Below, in pieces: positions 35,144 through 45,472 of a stretch of 64,000 bases of DNA; position 1 is the first letter of the stretch; the number at the start of each line of letters is the position of its first letter. This DNA is from Cladosporium halotolerans (lineage: Eukaryota): assembly GCF_011745625.1 (NCBI RefSeq), contig NW_027191466.1, positions 434,001 through 498,000 of the forward strand, given 5' to 3'. Under the pieces are notes generated by a model, which was given only the letters and a program-made list of their open reading frames with translations, did not search any database and was not told the DNA's origin. The translations under genes and the position numbers were made by a program.

Positions 35144-37216
35144 ATGGCACACCAGCGGCAGGCGTCCGCGTCGCTCGCGCACCAGCGCAATGCCTCGGGA
35201 CACTTGCGCCAACGCCACGGTTCGGACTCCTTCCGCGCCGATGATTTGAAGCACAGCCGCCGGAGCGTGACTGACCGCAGGTCTCCCCGTGTAGATGGCT
35301 CCTGGGCCGCCGCCGACGACGAGCAAGATTACACCCACTCCCACTTCGACCCCGCCCGCGCCGTGCGCGAGGAGGACGACTGGACGCTGGCCGCGGCGGA
35401 GAACGGCGTGCTGCCGAAGAACAGCAGCAACAAGCATTCGCGCCAGATGTCCAGCTCCGCCTTCGAGCCCCGCCCGGCTTCCCTGTCGAGACAGCGATCG
35501 GATCCGCGCACGCCCACGCTGGCCACCTCGAGCCAGAACGATGCGGTGTCTGCTGCACAGCCGCCGGCGCCAACGTGGTTGAACATGCCGAACAAAGGCC
35601 AACTGGCCATCCTCGCAGCGTCGCGCTTCGTCGACTTCTTCCAAATGGCCGCGCTGCAGACGTACATGGTGCACCAGCTGCGGTCCTTCGACCCCGAGCT
35701 CCCCGACGGAACAATTTCACACCAGGCCGGCATGCTGCAGGGCGCCTTCACGGCGTCGCAGATCATCACGAGCATACTTTGGGGGCGCGCCGCGGATCAG
35801 CCGGACGTGGGCAGGAAGCTGGTGCTGAATATCGGACTGGTGGGCACCGCGCTGGGCTGCATCGGCGTCGCGTTCAGCCGCACGTTCGGCCAGGCGGTCT
35901 TTTGGCGAGTAATGAGCGGCGCGATCAATGGCACCGTGGGGTCGGCGCGCACGATGGTCGCGGAGTGCACGCCTAAGCCCTGGCACCCGCGCGCGTTCCT
36001 CTTGTTGCCTGCGGCGTTCAATGTTGCGAACGTCGCCGGGCCGATTCTCAGCGGTGTTCTGTCGGAGCCGCTGGAGAATTTCCCGCGCTTGTTTGGGGAG
36101 GGGAGCACGTTTGGTGGACCGGATGGGGTGCAGTGGATGAAGACGTATCCTTATGCTTTGCCTAATCTGCTCTGTACTGTACTGTTGCTCCTCGAAGCTG
36201 TTCTTGTACATTACGGTCTGGACGAAACGTTGAAGGGAAAGAGGCCCTTCGAGCCTATAAACTTCCTGAGGGACACATACGCCAAGTTCCAGCACGCCAA
36301 AGCACACGGATACCGCCAGACGCAGGAATGGCAACGCGAAGGCCTCCTCAGCACCACCGAGCGCAACGGATCTCTCGAGCTCGAGCGCCTACACTCCAAT
36401 GGCGAGAAAGCCGAGCCTCAACCGGCCGTCCAGCGCCTCGCCTTCCGCCGCATCTGGACGTCCAACGTCCTCTGGACTCTCGTCAGCATCGCCATCTTCG
36501 ACTTCCACATGGGCGCCTTCGCCAACCTCTGGATCCTCTTCCTCGCAACGCCCCGCGAATACGTGCCCGACGACGCGCCGCCCGACCCCACCCCGCGCAG
36601 CGCCTTCAAGTTCGCCTCCGGCCTCGCCTTCCCGCCGCCCACCATCGGCTTCGCAATGGCCATCATCGGCTTCATCGGCGTCGCCCTCCAATTCCTCCTC
36701 TACCCCTGGGCCAACGCGCGCTTCGGCCTCATGCGCTGCTTCCGCGGCTCCCTCGTCCTCTTTCCCGCCGCCTACTACCTGGCGCCCTACATCGCGCTCC
36801 TCCCGTCGACCTCCAAGGCCCCCGACCCCGCCTCCGGCGCCCCCGTCTGGCTCGGCATCTCCTTCGTCCTCTTCCTGCAAGTCGCGGCCCGCACCTTCGC
36901 CCTCCCCGCCACCATCATCCTGCTCAACAACTCCTCCCCGCACCCCTCCGTGCTCGGCACGATCCACGGCCTCGGGCAAGCTTGCTCCGCGACGTTCAGG
37001 ACGATCGGCCCCATGCTCGCGGGCTGGTGGTTCGGCGTCTGGATGGAGCGTGGCGTCATCGGTATGGCGTGGTGGATCGTGGGGTCGATTGCCGCGCTGG
37101 GCTGTGTTGCTGCGTATTGGGTGCGAAATGGCAGCGGGCATGAGATTTTCCTGCCCGGAGAGGAGGCGGAGGAGAAGGAGGAGGGGGCAGAAGGGGGGAG
37201 TGGGAATGGACGGTGA
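35144..37216 (+). CDS. MFS transporter (DHA1/YCR023C-like)
   Basis: Intronless with ~12 hydrophobic segments. WGRAAD...GRKLVL, GAINGTVG, YPYALPN, NNSSPHPSVLGTIHG. Confidence 0.9.
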   Translation: MAHQRQASASLAHQRNASGHLRQRHGSDSFRADDLKHSRRSVTDRRSPRVDGSWAAADDEQDYTHSHFDPARAVREEDDWTLAAAENGVLPKNSSNKHSRQMSSSAFEPRPASLSRQRSDPRTPTLATSSQNDAVSAAQPPAPTWLNMPNKGQLAILAASRFVDFFQMAALQTYMVHQLRSFDPELPDGTISHQAGMLQGAFTASQIITSILWGRAADQPDVGRKLVLNIGLVGTALGCIGVAFSRTFGQAVFWRVMSGAINGTVGSARTMVAECTPKPWHPRAFLLLPAAFNVANVAGPILSGVLSEPLENFPRLFGEGSTFGGPDGVQWMKTYPYALPNLLCTVLLLLEAVLVHYGLDETLKGKRPFEPINFLRDTYAKFQHAKAHGYRQTQEWQREGLLSTTERNGSLELERLHSNGEKAEPQPAVQRLAFRRIWTSNVLWTLVSIAIFDFHMGAFANLWILFLATPREYVPDDAPPDPTPRSAFKFASGLAFPPPTIGFAMAIIGFIGVALQFLLYPWANARFGLMRCFRGSLVLFPAAYYLAPYIALLPSTSKAPDPASGAPVWLGISFVLFLQVAARTFALPATIILLNNSSPHPSVLGTIHGLGQACSATFRTIGPMLAGWWFGVWMERGVIGMAWWIVGSIAALGCVAAYWVRNGSGHEIFLPGEEAEEKEEGAEGGSGNGR

Positions 37217-37542
37217 GATTTGGTGGATTTGTTTTTGGTTTGGAGCGTTTTCGTTTTGCATTTGGGGGTGTTGGGTATTGTGGTTGGGAGATCTAAAAAG
37301 GTATTTGTGTATATTTAGGCGGGCGGATTGTTTGAGCTTTGGAGGTGAGGTGGAAGTGTGCTGATGAGGGCAGGGAAGACGTCTGACGTGGCGATCTAGA
37401 ACGCATGAAAGTCGAACGGCTGGCTCAATGCGTAGGCAAAGATTCATCTCAGGATCATCTAAGTCTGGTATACAGCTTGTTCATGTATATATATCACATC
37501 TATCTCCCATTCATCTTACACTCGTCATCCAACACCCGCCAT

Positions 37543-38399
37543 TTACACCTTGGCGAACCTAAGGTAAGGCTTCAACTCCGTAACCTTGTCCTCGCCAAAC
37601 TTCTTCTTCGCGTCCGCCGTGCTCACGCTCGGCGGCACAATCACATCCTCGCCCTTCTGCCAATCAATCGGCGTAACAACGCCCTGCCCATCGCCCATCT
37701 GCAGGCTGTCGATCACGCGCAGCACCTCGGCCGAGTTCCTGCCCGTCGACGCAGGGTACATCATGCTGAGGCGGATCTTCTTCGCGGGGTCGATGACGAA
37801 GACGCTGCGGATGGTGAAGGCGATGCCGCCTTCCTTGGCCAGGCGGTCGATGTCCTGCTGCGAGATCATGTCGTACAGCCAGGCGACGTTGCGGTCCGCG
37901 TCGGCGATGATGGGGAATTGCACGGAGGTCTGCGACACCTCGTTGATGTCCGAGACCCATTGGGAGTGGCTGGTCAGGTCGTCGGCGCTCTGAAGGGAAA
38001 CTTCGTTAGCAGATCGCCCTAGGATCCACGCAAATTCAAGACAACGCAAGACGACAAACAACTCACCAGCCCAATCATCTTGACGCCCCTCTTCTCAAAC
38101 TCCCCGCCCAGCTTCGCGAACGCGCCCAGCTCCGTCGTGCACACCGGCGTGAAGTCCGCCGGGTGCGAGAACAGGATCGCCCACTTGCCGTCCAGCCACT
38201 GGTGGAAGTCGATGTCGCCCGCCGTCGTCTTGGCCTGGAAGTTGGGCGCTTCGGACCCGATGCGCAGGCGGGGCTGCTCGCCGCGCGCGGGCGTGGCGAG
38301 GAAGCGGCGGAGGGTGGGCGTCTTGGAGGCGCGGAGGGTGGTCAGGGCCGGGTTGGAGGCGGCGGGGGCGCGCAGGGCGCGGGCGAAGAGGGAGGCCAT
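37543..38399 (-). CDS. PRX1: Mitochondrial 1-Cys peroxiredoxin
   Basis: Arg-rich presequence and FSHPADFTPVCTTELG. Intron 37990-38066. YPASTGRN motif. Confidence 0.95.
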
Positions 38400-39109
38400 C
38401 TTTGCTGTTGTGGTTTGGATTTGATGGGAGCTTTGGTTTGGGGGGAGTTGGGAGGGGTGTTGTGATTTTTGGGGACTGAGGGCTCTGGGATTATTGCATT
38501 GAGGATGGCGTCATGCGGCTGCAATGCAATCTGCAAGGGACCCGAACGCGCCGAACGTCGGCTGCGAGATCGGTCGTGGCTGGCTGGTTGGGACTTCACT
38601 TCGTTGGCTTTGGTGGTCGAGTGCAAGTGAATGCATAACTTCGGAGGATGCGTGCTTGATATCAATTGGTTACTGTGGGTGTTCGATGGAAGCATGCTGA
38701 AGAATATCTCACTGCGATAGGGACCCTGTTGAAGGACTTAGCTACTTACAGATGCTCGTGAACTGAAAATCGCGAGAAGAACTTCTGATGAATCTGCAGC
38801 TGACCACTGTTGGAGAAGGTATTTCATTGCTATTTGTACATCGCCACCCTGTCAAGACTGATTACTGTGCCATGCGAGCATCTCAATGGCACTACATCCT
38901 TCGCCATTATTTAGAGTTGATGGTAAGCGCTCCAGGGGCTTTCAATGGCATGGCAGCATTGACAGTATTCCAGAGCTGAGGATACGAGCACAGGATCAAT
39001 CGGTGGATTGGAGAAACATTCGAAGCCAGCAACGTCGTTTCTCTCCTTGGTCTTTATCTTCAATGGTGCCTCGTCATCCCTCAGCTAATGGTTCCGTTTC
39101 ACACCTCAC

Positions 39110-39687
39110 TCAGCGCTCAGAAACAGGCATGCCCTTCGAAAACTCCAACGTCCCGTTCTCTGCAGCCTTGACGATGCTGCCCCAAGAGCTCTTATCGCCG
39201 TGCACCTTGACCGCGCGAGCCTTCTCGCCGCCGAGATACCCTTCGGCCACCTTCGTCTCCTCCGCCATGCGCCCGGCGACTTGCTGTGGCGTCGCGGCCC
39301 CTTCGACGTACTTGATGGCGTCGGCCAACGCCTCGTCACGGCCGGCGAGCTGGGCGCGCATCATCTTGAGCGAATGCAGCGCGTACTTGTTGGCCGAAAG
39401 GCCCTTGGTCTCCTCTTCGGCCGAGCGGCCGGCGATCTCCTTGGATTTGCTGTTGCTTGCATGAGCAATGTCCACCAGCGGCAGTACCAATAGCATGACA
39501 ATGCTTACATCAGGGCATCCGTGTGCCCAGTCATCTCGCGCAGGTTCGCGAAGAAGCGCTTGTCTTCGACGCGCATCTCGTCGAGCCACTTCGCGTAGCC
39601 GTTCTCGATGGCTCGCTCGGACTCGTTGCGACCGCGGTCGGCGGTCGCGGCGGCGGGCCCGATGGTAGCGCTTGGGCGATTGCGCAT
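39110..39687 (-). CDS. Small hypothetical helical protein (~175 aa)
   Basis: ATG in CACCACAATG context; GTAAG intron 39508 to ~39456 joins two open frames. High-GC3 codon pattern; no recognisable motif. Confidence 0.6.
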
Positions 39688-39848
39688 TGTGGTGGTGTTG
39701 TCTTCCAAGTGTTCTTGGTGGTAGTGGTGCTTTGTAATTGATGGTGCTTGATAAAAGCACTTCGAAGTGTGATGTCGCTGGAGAAAGTCCAGCAACAGAA
39801 TCAGCACCTCTTTTGAGGTGTGAAAGAAAAACAGGAAGGCGCGTTGCC

Positions 39849-40160
39849 GTCCTGCGCGCGGCGGCAGTCACGTGGTGACGGGAGCCTGAGGTAGAAACCC
39901 AGGCTCGAGCCGGCGTTCAAAGGAGAACGTAATACCAAGACGAGGAACGCATTTCTTCCACATGAAGCGAGGATATATAACCTCGCTTCATGTGAGAGAC
40001 GTTCCTCGTCTTGGTGGTCTGCGCTTTGCGGCAGTCAAGGGGTGGCGGGAGCCTGGGATGGAAACCCCAGGCTCGAGCCGGGGTTCCGAAGAGAGCGGAG
40101 TATCAAGACGAGTAACGTCTTGTAACATGGGCGAGGCTATATGACCCCGCCCCATGTGAA
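39849..40160. repeat. Degenerate tandem duplication (period ~168 bp) with long hairpins
   Basis: Both copies share GCGGCAGTCA, GGGAGCCTG, CCCAGGCTCGAGCCGG, CAAGACGAG and CATGTGA. Copy 1 has perfect 16-bp and 14-bp inverted arms. Confidence 0.9.
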
Positions 40161-43100
40161 ATAATGGCATGTCGAGTGGACATGTGATCTGATCGATCTC
40201 GATGGCGATGGTCTCCAGTGGTTGGCACTTGTCTGGCTGTTGGGGCTCAGTCTGCCGCTCCAGGTTGATAGAACAGTTTCTGTATGCCATGACGTGATAT
40301 ATTGAGGGCTTGATTCGTTGCTCAAGACAATGTTTGCATGGTGGCTTGGTATCTGAGTTGCCGAAGGACTTGGTCGACAGTGAGTCTGTTTCACCACCAG
40401 CGCTGGATGGTTCGTATTGGCAAACAGTCCGCAGAAGCTCGAGAATCTGCCTGCAGTAGACGAGTGGCGGTTGATCGGAGGCTGTGGGATAGCGTCTTCG
40501 GAGGGTCTTGCAGGCCTCTCACGGGTCAGGGGGACGTTGTGTTTTGCGAGGCTTTCGCTCGCTCTTCTTTGTCCGGTGGACAGCGACAGCGGGGGGAATT
40601 CTGGGGAGGAGTCCTTTAAGCGGGTGACGAGTCAAGAGAGGTCTGGAAGATGAACAGAGGCTCTGAATACTCGAGTAGGGCTTGGGGTTGATGGATTGTC
40701 TGGCGTGGAAGATGGCTGGTGATGTCGAATTCACTGTGGGTGGGCGTGGGAGGAAGGGAGGAAGGAAGGAAGAATCGTGCAAGCGGCAAGGGCTTTTGGG
40801 CTTGAAGTAACTGCTAGTCGGCGCTGCTGGGCAGGTTCATAGGCGCTCTGTGCCCTCGCTCGCCAACGTTCTCGAAGAGTGCACAAAGAAGGGACAAGAA
40901 GCGCTGGAGGTGCTTCTGCGTAGCTTGATTGACTCCTATCATTAATAGCAAGCCATAGATACACCGTCACCACGCAGAGGTTGGTGGGCATCGAGTCAAG
41001 CAGCTCTTGGCGGGCTGGCTCTGCAGTCGCGCTCTTGGGGGTCGTGTGAGCTCACGCCGGCGAACTTCCAGCTCGCTCCGGAAACGCGACCAACACCACG
41101 CGCATCCACAGCCTGCAATTTTTCTGAATCCGAGAGTAGAGTAATAAGGTCTTCCCGTCATGGTTCTTGATGTCTTTGCTCAAATCCTCATCGTCATCTG
41201 AACAGTGATTTACGAAAGATAAGGTCGCCTGGCTGCCAGCTCCAGTCCACGACCGATTCGGCTGCGCCAACTCCTACAATGAACGAAGTCAGCACGGTAT
41301 AGTACTCCAGTGACCGGACAGCTTCAACAAACCAGGATAATGTCATAAGCATAGCGACCCTCTCGGCCTTTTCCTGGCAGCGTCGGCAAAAGACGCCTTG
41401 GCTCGACCGCTATGGCGCCATCGAACGCACCTTTGCTCACGCATACTTGTTACTGACCAGCCGACATACCGTGACTGATCCGGCTCTCAACCGCGTGCCA
41501 CAGCATCGTCGATCAAAAAGCGGTACCTCGCGGATGCAACTTGTCCTGCCCTCTGTCTTGAAGCAAGTCAGCAAGAGCATTACGCAAACACCGGTCTTGG
41601 AACGACTATACCTGCTCAGTACGCGCCAGGCACTGTAATAATCACGCAGGACGACTGTAAACCTAGTAGCGACGATCCTGTGAGTCCTAACGGGCAGCGT
41701 GCATGCCCTATGCCGACATAAGCTTGCATGGCGGCCTTGACTTCACCTCGATCGTCGAACGAGCACAGGCGTCGCCAGACATCCCAGTGTCACGAAAGAG
41801 CAGAGAATCGAGGGTCTCATGAACGCGCAGTGTACCCAGGCATGCCCTCGAACCATGGTGAGGGCGACACATGACGAGCGGTCCTGTTGTTTCGTTTCAA
41901 GACTGGGTGGGGGACTTGGAACCGGACCAAGCTTGAGGATAACCGCATGGTGGCATCATGCTTAACTTGGTCGAACGAAATGCGTTGACAATGGTGGTAC
42001 CTCTGTGTCAGATGTTCGGCCATTGTATGAATGAACGCTCAGCAGGTTCAGAAACCCAGGGGTATCACGCATTGGCATCTCCGGAGCCGAAACATCAGCG
42101 CATGCCACTGCTTCCACAGCTTCCTGTGCATGACATGACTGTCAGACCGTCGAGTTGCCGCTGTCCGAGGGGACCCGGACCCAGCAGTTCAACGGATTCA
42201 GAAAGACCATACCTGCCCTAAGCTTTGCCATGGGGGTAAGTCAGTCAGGGTCGGCGCCACCGTTCACACGCCGACAGCCAAGCATCAGCAAGTGGCTTGC
42301 TTCAACGTCGGAGCGAACCTTATAATCTAAACCGAGCATTGGATGACAGTCCACCGAGGCCTAGCCGGCTGCATGAGCAAGATGCCCAAGTCCGCGGGTT
42401 TTGTGAGCATAGGACAAGACATGCTGCACCCCGCAAGTACATGCAGCAGCAGCCTAGCTTTTCCCACCTGCAAGCGTCAGATACAGCATGCTGTGTCTCC
42501 TCGACGCAAATGAGCGCGTGCACAGATCGTAAAGATGCGAAGGGTGCCAAAGCTTGGTCAGGAAGGTACAAGTGTACGCTCTGGAGAGTCGCAGAGTGCG
42601 GGCCGTCTGATCAATAGGAAATGAGACCCTGGGAAGAATCATCATGCGCGCATGCCGAGGACGAATGCATGTAATCTGGCGATCGTTCATCATGCTTTCT
42701 TCGCGTCTCATCAAGTTACTCTCTCGACTGTGGTGCGCACCCTAAGCCTTCATGGATATGCTGGCTCTGTGCGCCATGGCGATCATTCGGCCGGCAACGC
42801 GAACCCCTCATGGCAGGCCGGGTTCTCCGCATACTGGTGGCAGGTCTGCATTGGCGTGATCAGCGCGGAGTGGCCTCGTGACCTCTGAGGCGTCGCTACC
42901 AACGATGCTTTGCGTTTCAGGGCTATTGGGCGCACGGCTCTAGTAAATTGAAGTCGGCAAAATTTAAGGTCAACAATTGATGCCAAATGCGACGCTAGCG
43001 TGCTGGAGCGAAATGATCCGAAGGAAGATTGATTGGCCTAGGAGAATGACAGCTCTGTCGACCGCGGAGGCAGGGCAAGCCCAGCTGAAAGCCAACTTGT

Positions 43101-45472
43101 CATAGGCGCCCTCCGCGCAAAAACCGCTGGCACGGCTGGATCGTGAGCGAGGCCTTCCAGTTCCCGAGAGCCATGTTTGTTGTGCTGGATAGTGCCCACG
43201 AAGGTGCCATGGGCATGTCAGCCATTGGCTCGAGGGTAGGGACAGCCCCATAGCTTCTCAGCGCTGCTTCTGGCCGCTCTCGTGACATGTCCGTACACGC
43301 CTGGTGTTCCGCTGGCGAGGTGGCGTCGCCCACCAGCTCTCCGTCTCCGCATTCTTTGCAGGAGGGTCACCCACTGTGCCCCTGACCCTTGGCTCTGGCC
43401 CTGCAGGGCGATGGTCTGGGTCTTGCGTCGCGGAGCGTACTTAGCTGCATCACGCCCGCCCGACTCTCTGCCTGCCCGAGTAGTAGCGCAGAGCCTCTGC
43501 ACGACTCTCTCGGACCGCCACATCGAAGCAAAACCGCGACGACAGTCTCCGTTGCGACAGGTACACCCTGCCTCGAAGCGAACTTTGGAAGAGGAACGCC
43601 AGCCGTGTCGCCCCTCAGCACTTGGCCAGCCTGCAGCCCGTTCGCGGAACTCGTTCTCCACAGTCAGAAAGCCAACCGCCTGCGTCCCCCGCCACTGGAG
43701 CCCGATTCCGCCGTCTGCGTCCTGCTCTGGCATCCAGCACGACGCTTGGCCGCGTGTCGGTGACAGTCGACAGCTTGGGTCTTTCAGCCGGCGTAGCATA
43801 GGATCGGCAACCCGTGGGCCTGGGGTGAGAAACCGCCGTGGCTATCACGCGCAGGGAGCATCTTCCCCACAGTCCCGTCTCCGCACACGCGAGCAACCTT
43901 GTTGACATAGCCTGCCACGCCTAGTCGGTCTCTGCCGAGCCACGCGGCATAACTCGCACTTCTCCTTGTGGTTGTGGCCTTCATGTGAGCCGCGAGTAGC
44001 TTCTGACAGACATACGCCGTACCATTTTGTGTTTCTGCCGGGAACCCAGGCCTGTTGCGGTGGTGGGCGCTGGACATGCGAATCAGTGAGTCGCCAGCTT
44101 CCCTTCGAGCTTCCCCTGCTGTTATGGCGACGTATGCTGACCGCCCCGAAGCAGACGACGAGACGACATAGACTCCTCCTTGTTCTTGCTTTATGGGATA
44201 TGTAATATTTGTCGGTATCCAGTAAGTCTTTCGCATGCCCCGTCAGACCATGAGTTTGAGGTCGATTGCTGACAGACTCAGCCTTGCAATTGTAGACATA
44301 GATTATACGCCGCAACGATCTCTTACGACAGAAAGTACCACTAGGTATGTATAGCTCTTTTTCGCGCTCTGTCTGAATGTTGTTTTTGTTGCTGGTTGGG
44401 CTATTGAAGGTGTTACGGGCATCACTGGTGTCTGCCGACGGAGCAAGATCGAAGAGGCCGAATGGTATCGCAAGGCTCTCGCGTTGTCTACTTGATGGTA
44501 TTCCTGTGGCGGGAATACTATCATTGCATCGGTGTTGCCGCTCCGCATGCGTGGTGCGAGGACGCTGAAGGAGTATGCACCTCGTGTGCGCGATGCGCAA
44601 ATAGACGGAACCCGGTGGCTTGCGGGTTCGAAAGGCTTCAAGGCTCTTCGCTCACCTGGCATGATTCTGGCCATCTTCATCAGAGGTCTTCGATCGGCCG
44701 CCTACTCGGACGGTCGCAAGGTGTCCTGTCGCCGGCGCGACCGCGTTCCAGCTGTCGCGTGCCTTTGCTGCGATCGGGTGTGGCTCACCGACCCACTCAA
44801 GGTCGACCTCCTCTCGCTGCAACGACCTGATGTGGCTTTTTCTGGGTCCCTGGACGATGGTCCGAATTTGCTGCGGTGGAGGTTGTGTCGGACTGAAGGC
44901 CTGCGCTGAATCCATAGGGTCGTCAAAGGTGGATTCTCGGAGTGCGCTTTTGAGAGGCACCTCACGGGGCACCGCCGGATTGGCGGTGCCTGCAAAGCGG
45001 CTGCAGCTCTGGCAGCAACTGAAGACTCTGTCATTCCTGTTCCAGGCAAGATGTTTGCGCGTTGTGGAAAACAAAGCCACAATGCGCATGATCGAAGGCG
45101 GCGACTATACGGTTGCCCTTCTACCGTCCTTGGTCCGGTGGCACAGGCTGCATCATGCAGCACTTCCGCCTTATCGCTACTGCAGGAGTCTCATGGCTTG
45201 GAGCGCGTCTCGAAGGCTCTATCCCAGATTTGGACATGCCTACCTGGCCCTATGAGAACGATAGAATGGTTTCGATGTGGAGTCTCTTCCATTCGATTTC
45301 ATTCCAACCCTCTCGGCGATGGCCTAAAATTTGGCTTTGACTATCTGGCCCCACAGTTAGCGTTCTATAGCTGTTTTTGCTTTGTATTTAGTCTCTCAAT
45401 GTTTGCTGACTAACGAGCCATCCACAGAAACAAAATTACCCTAACTACAGCATCGACCACCAACGCTTGACA

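Noticed and set aside
39849..40160. Repeat considered as a CRISPR-like array or LTR pair
   Set aside because: Eukaryotic context, only two abutting units, no spacers, and no TG...CA ends or target-site duplication.
41000..45300. Numerous 60-250-codon ORFs in the gene-free region
   Set aside because: Arg/Ser/Cys-rich random-looking composition, no codon bias and no domain motifs.
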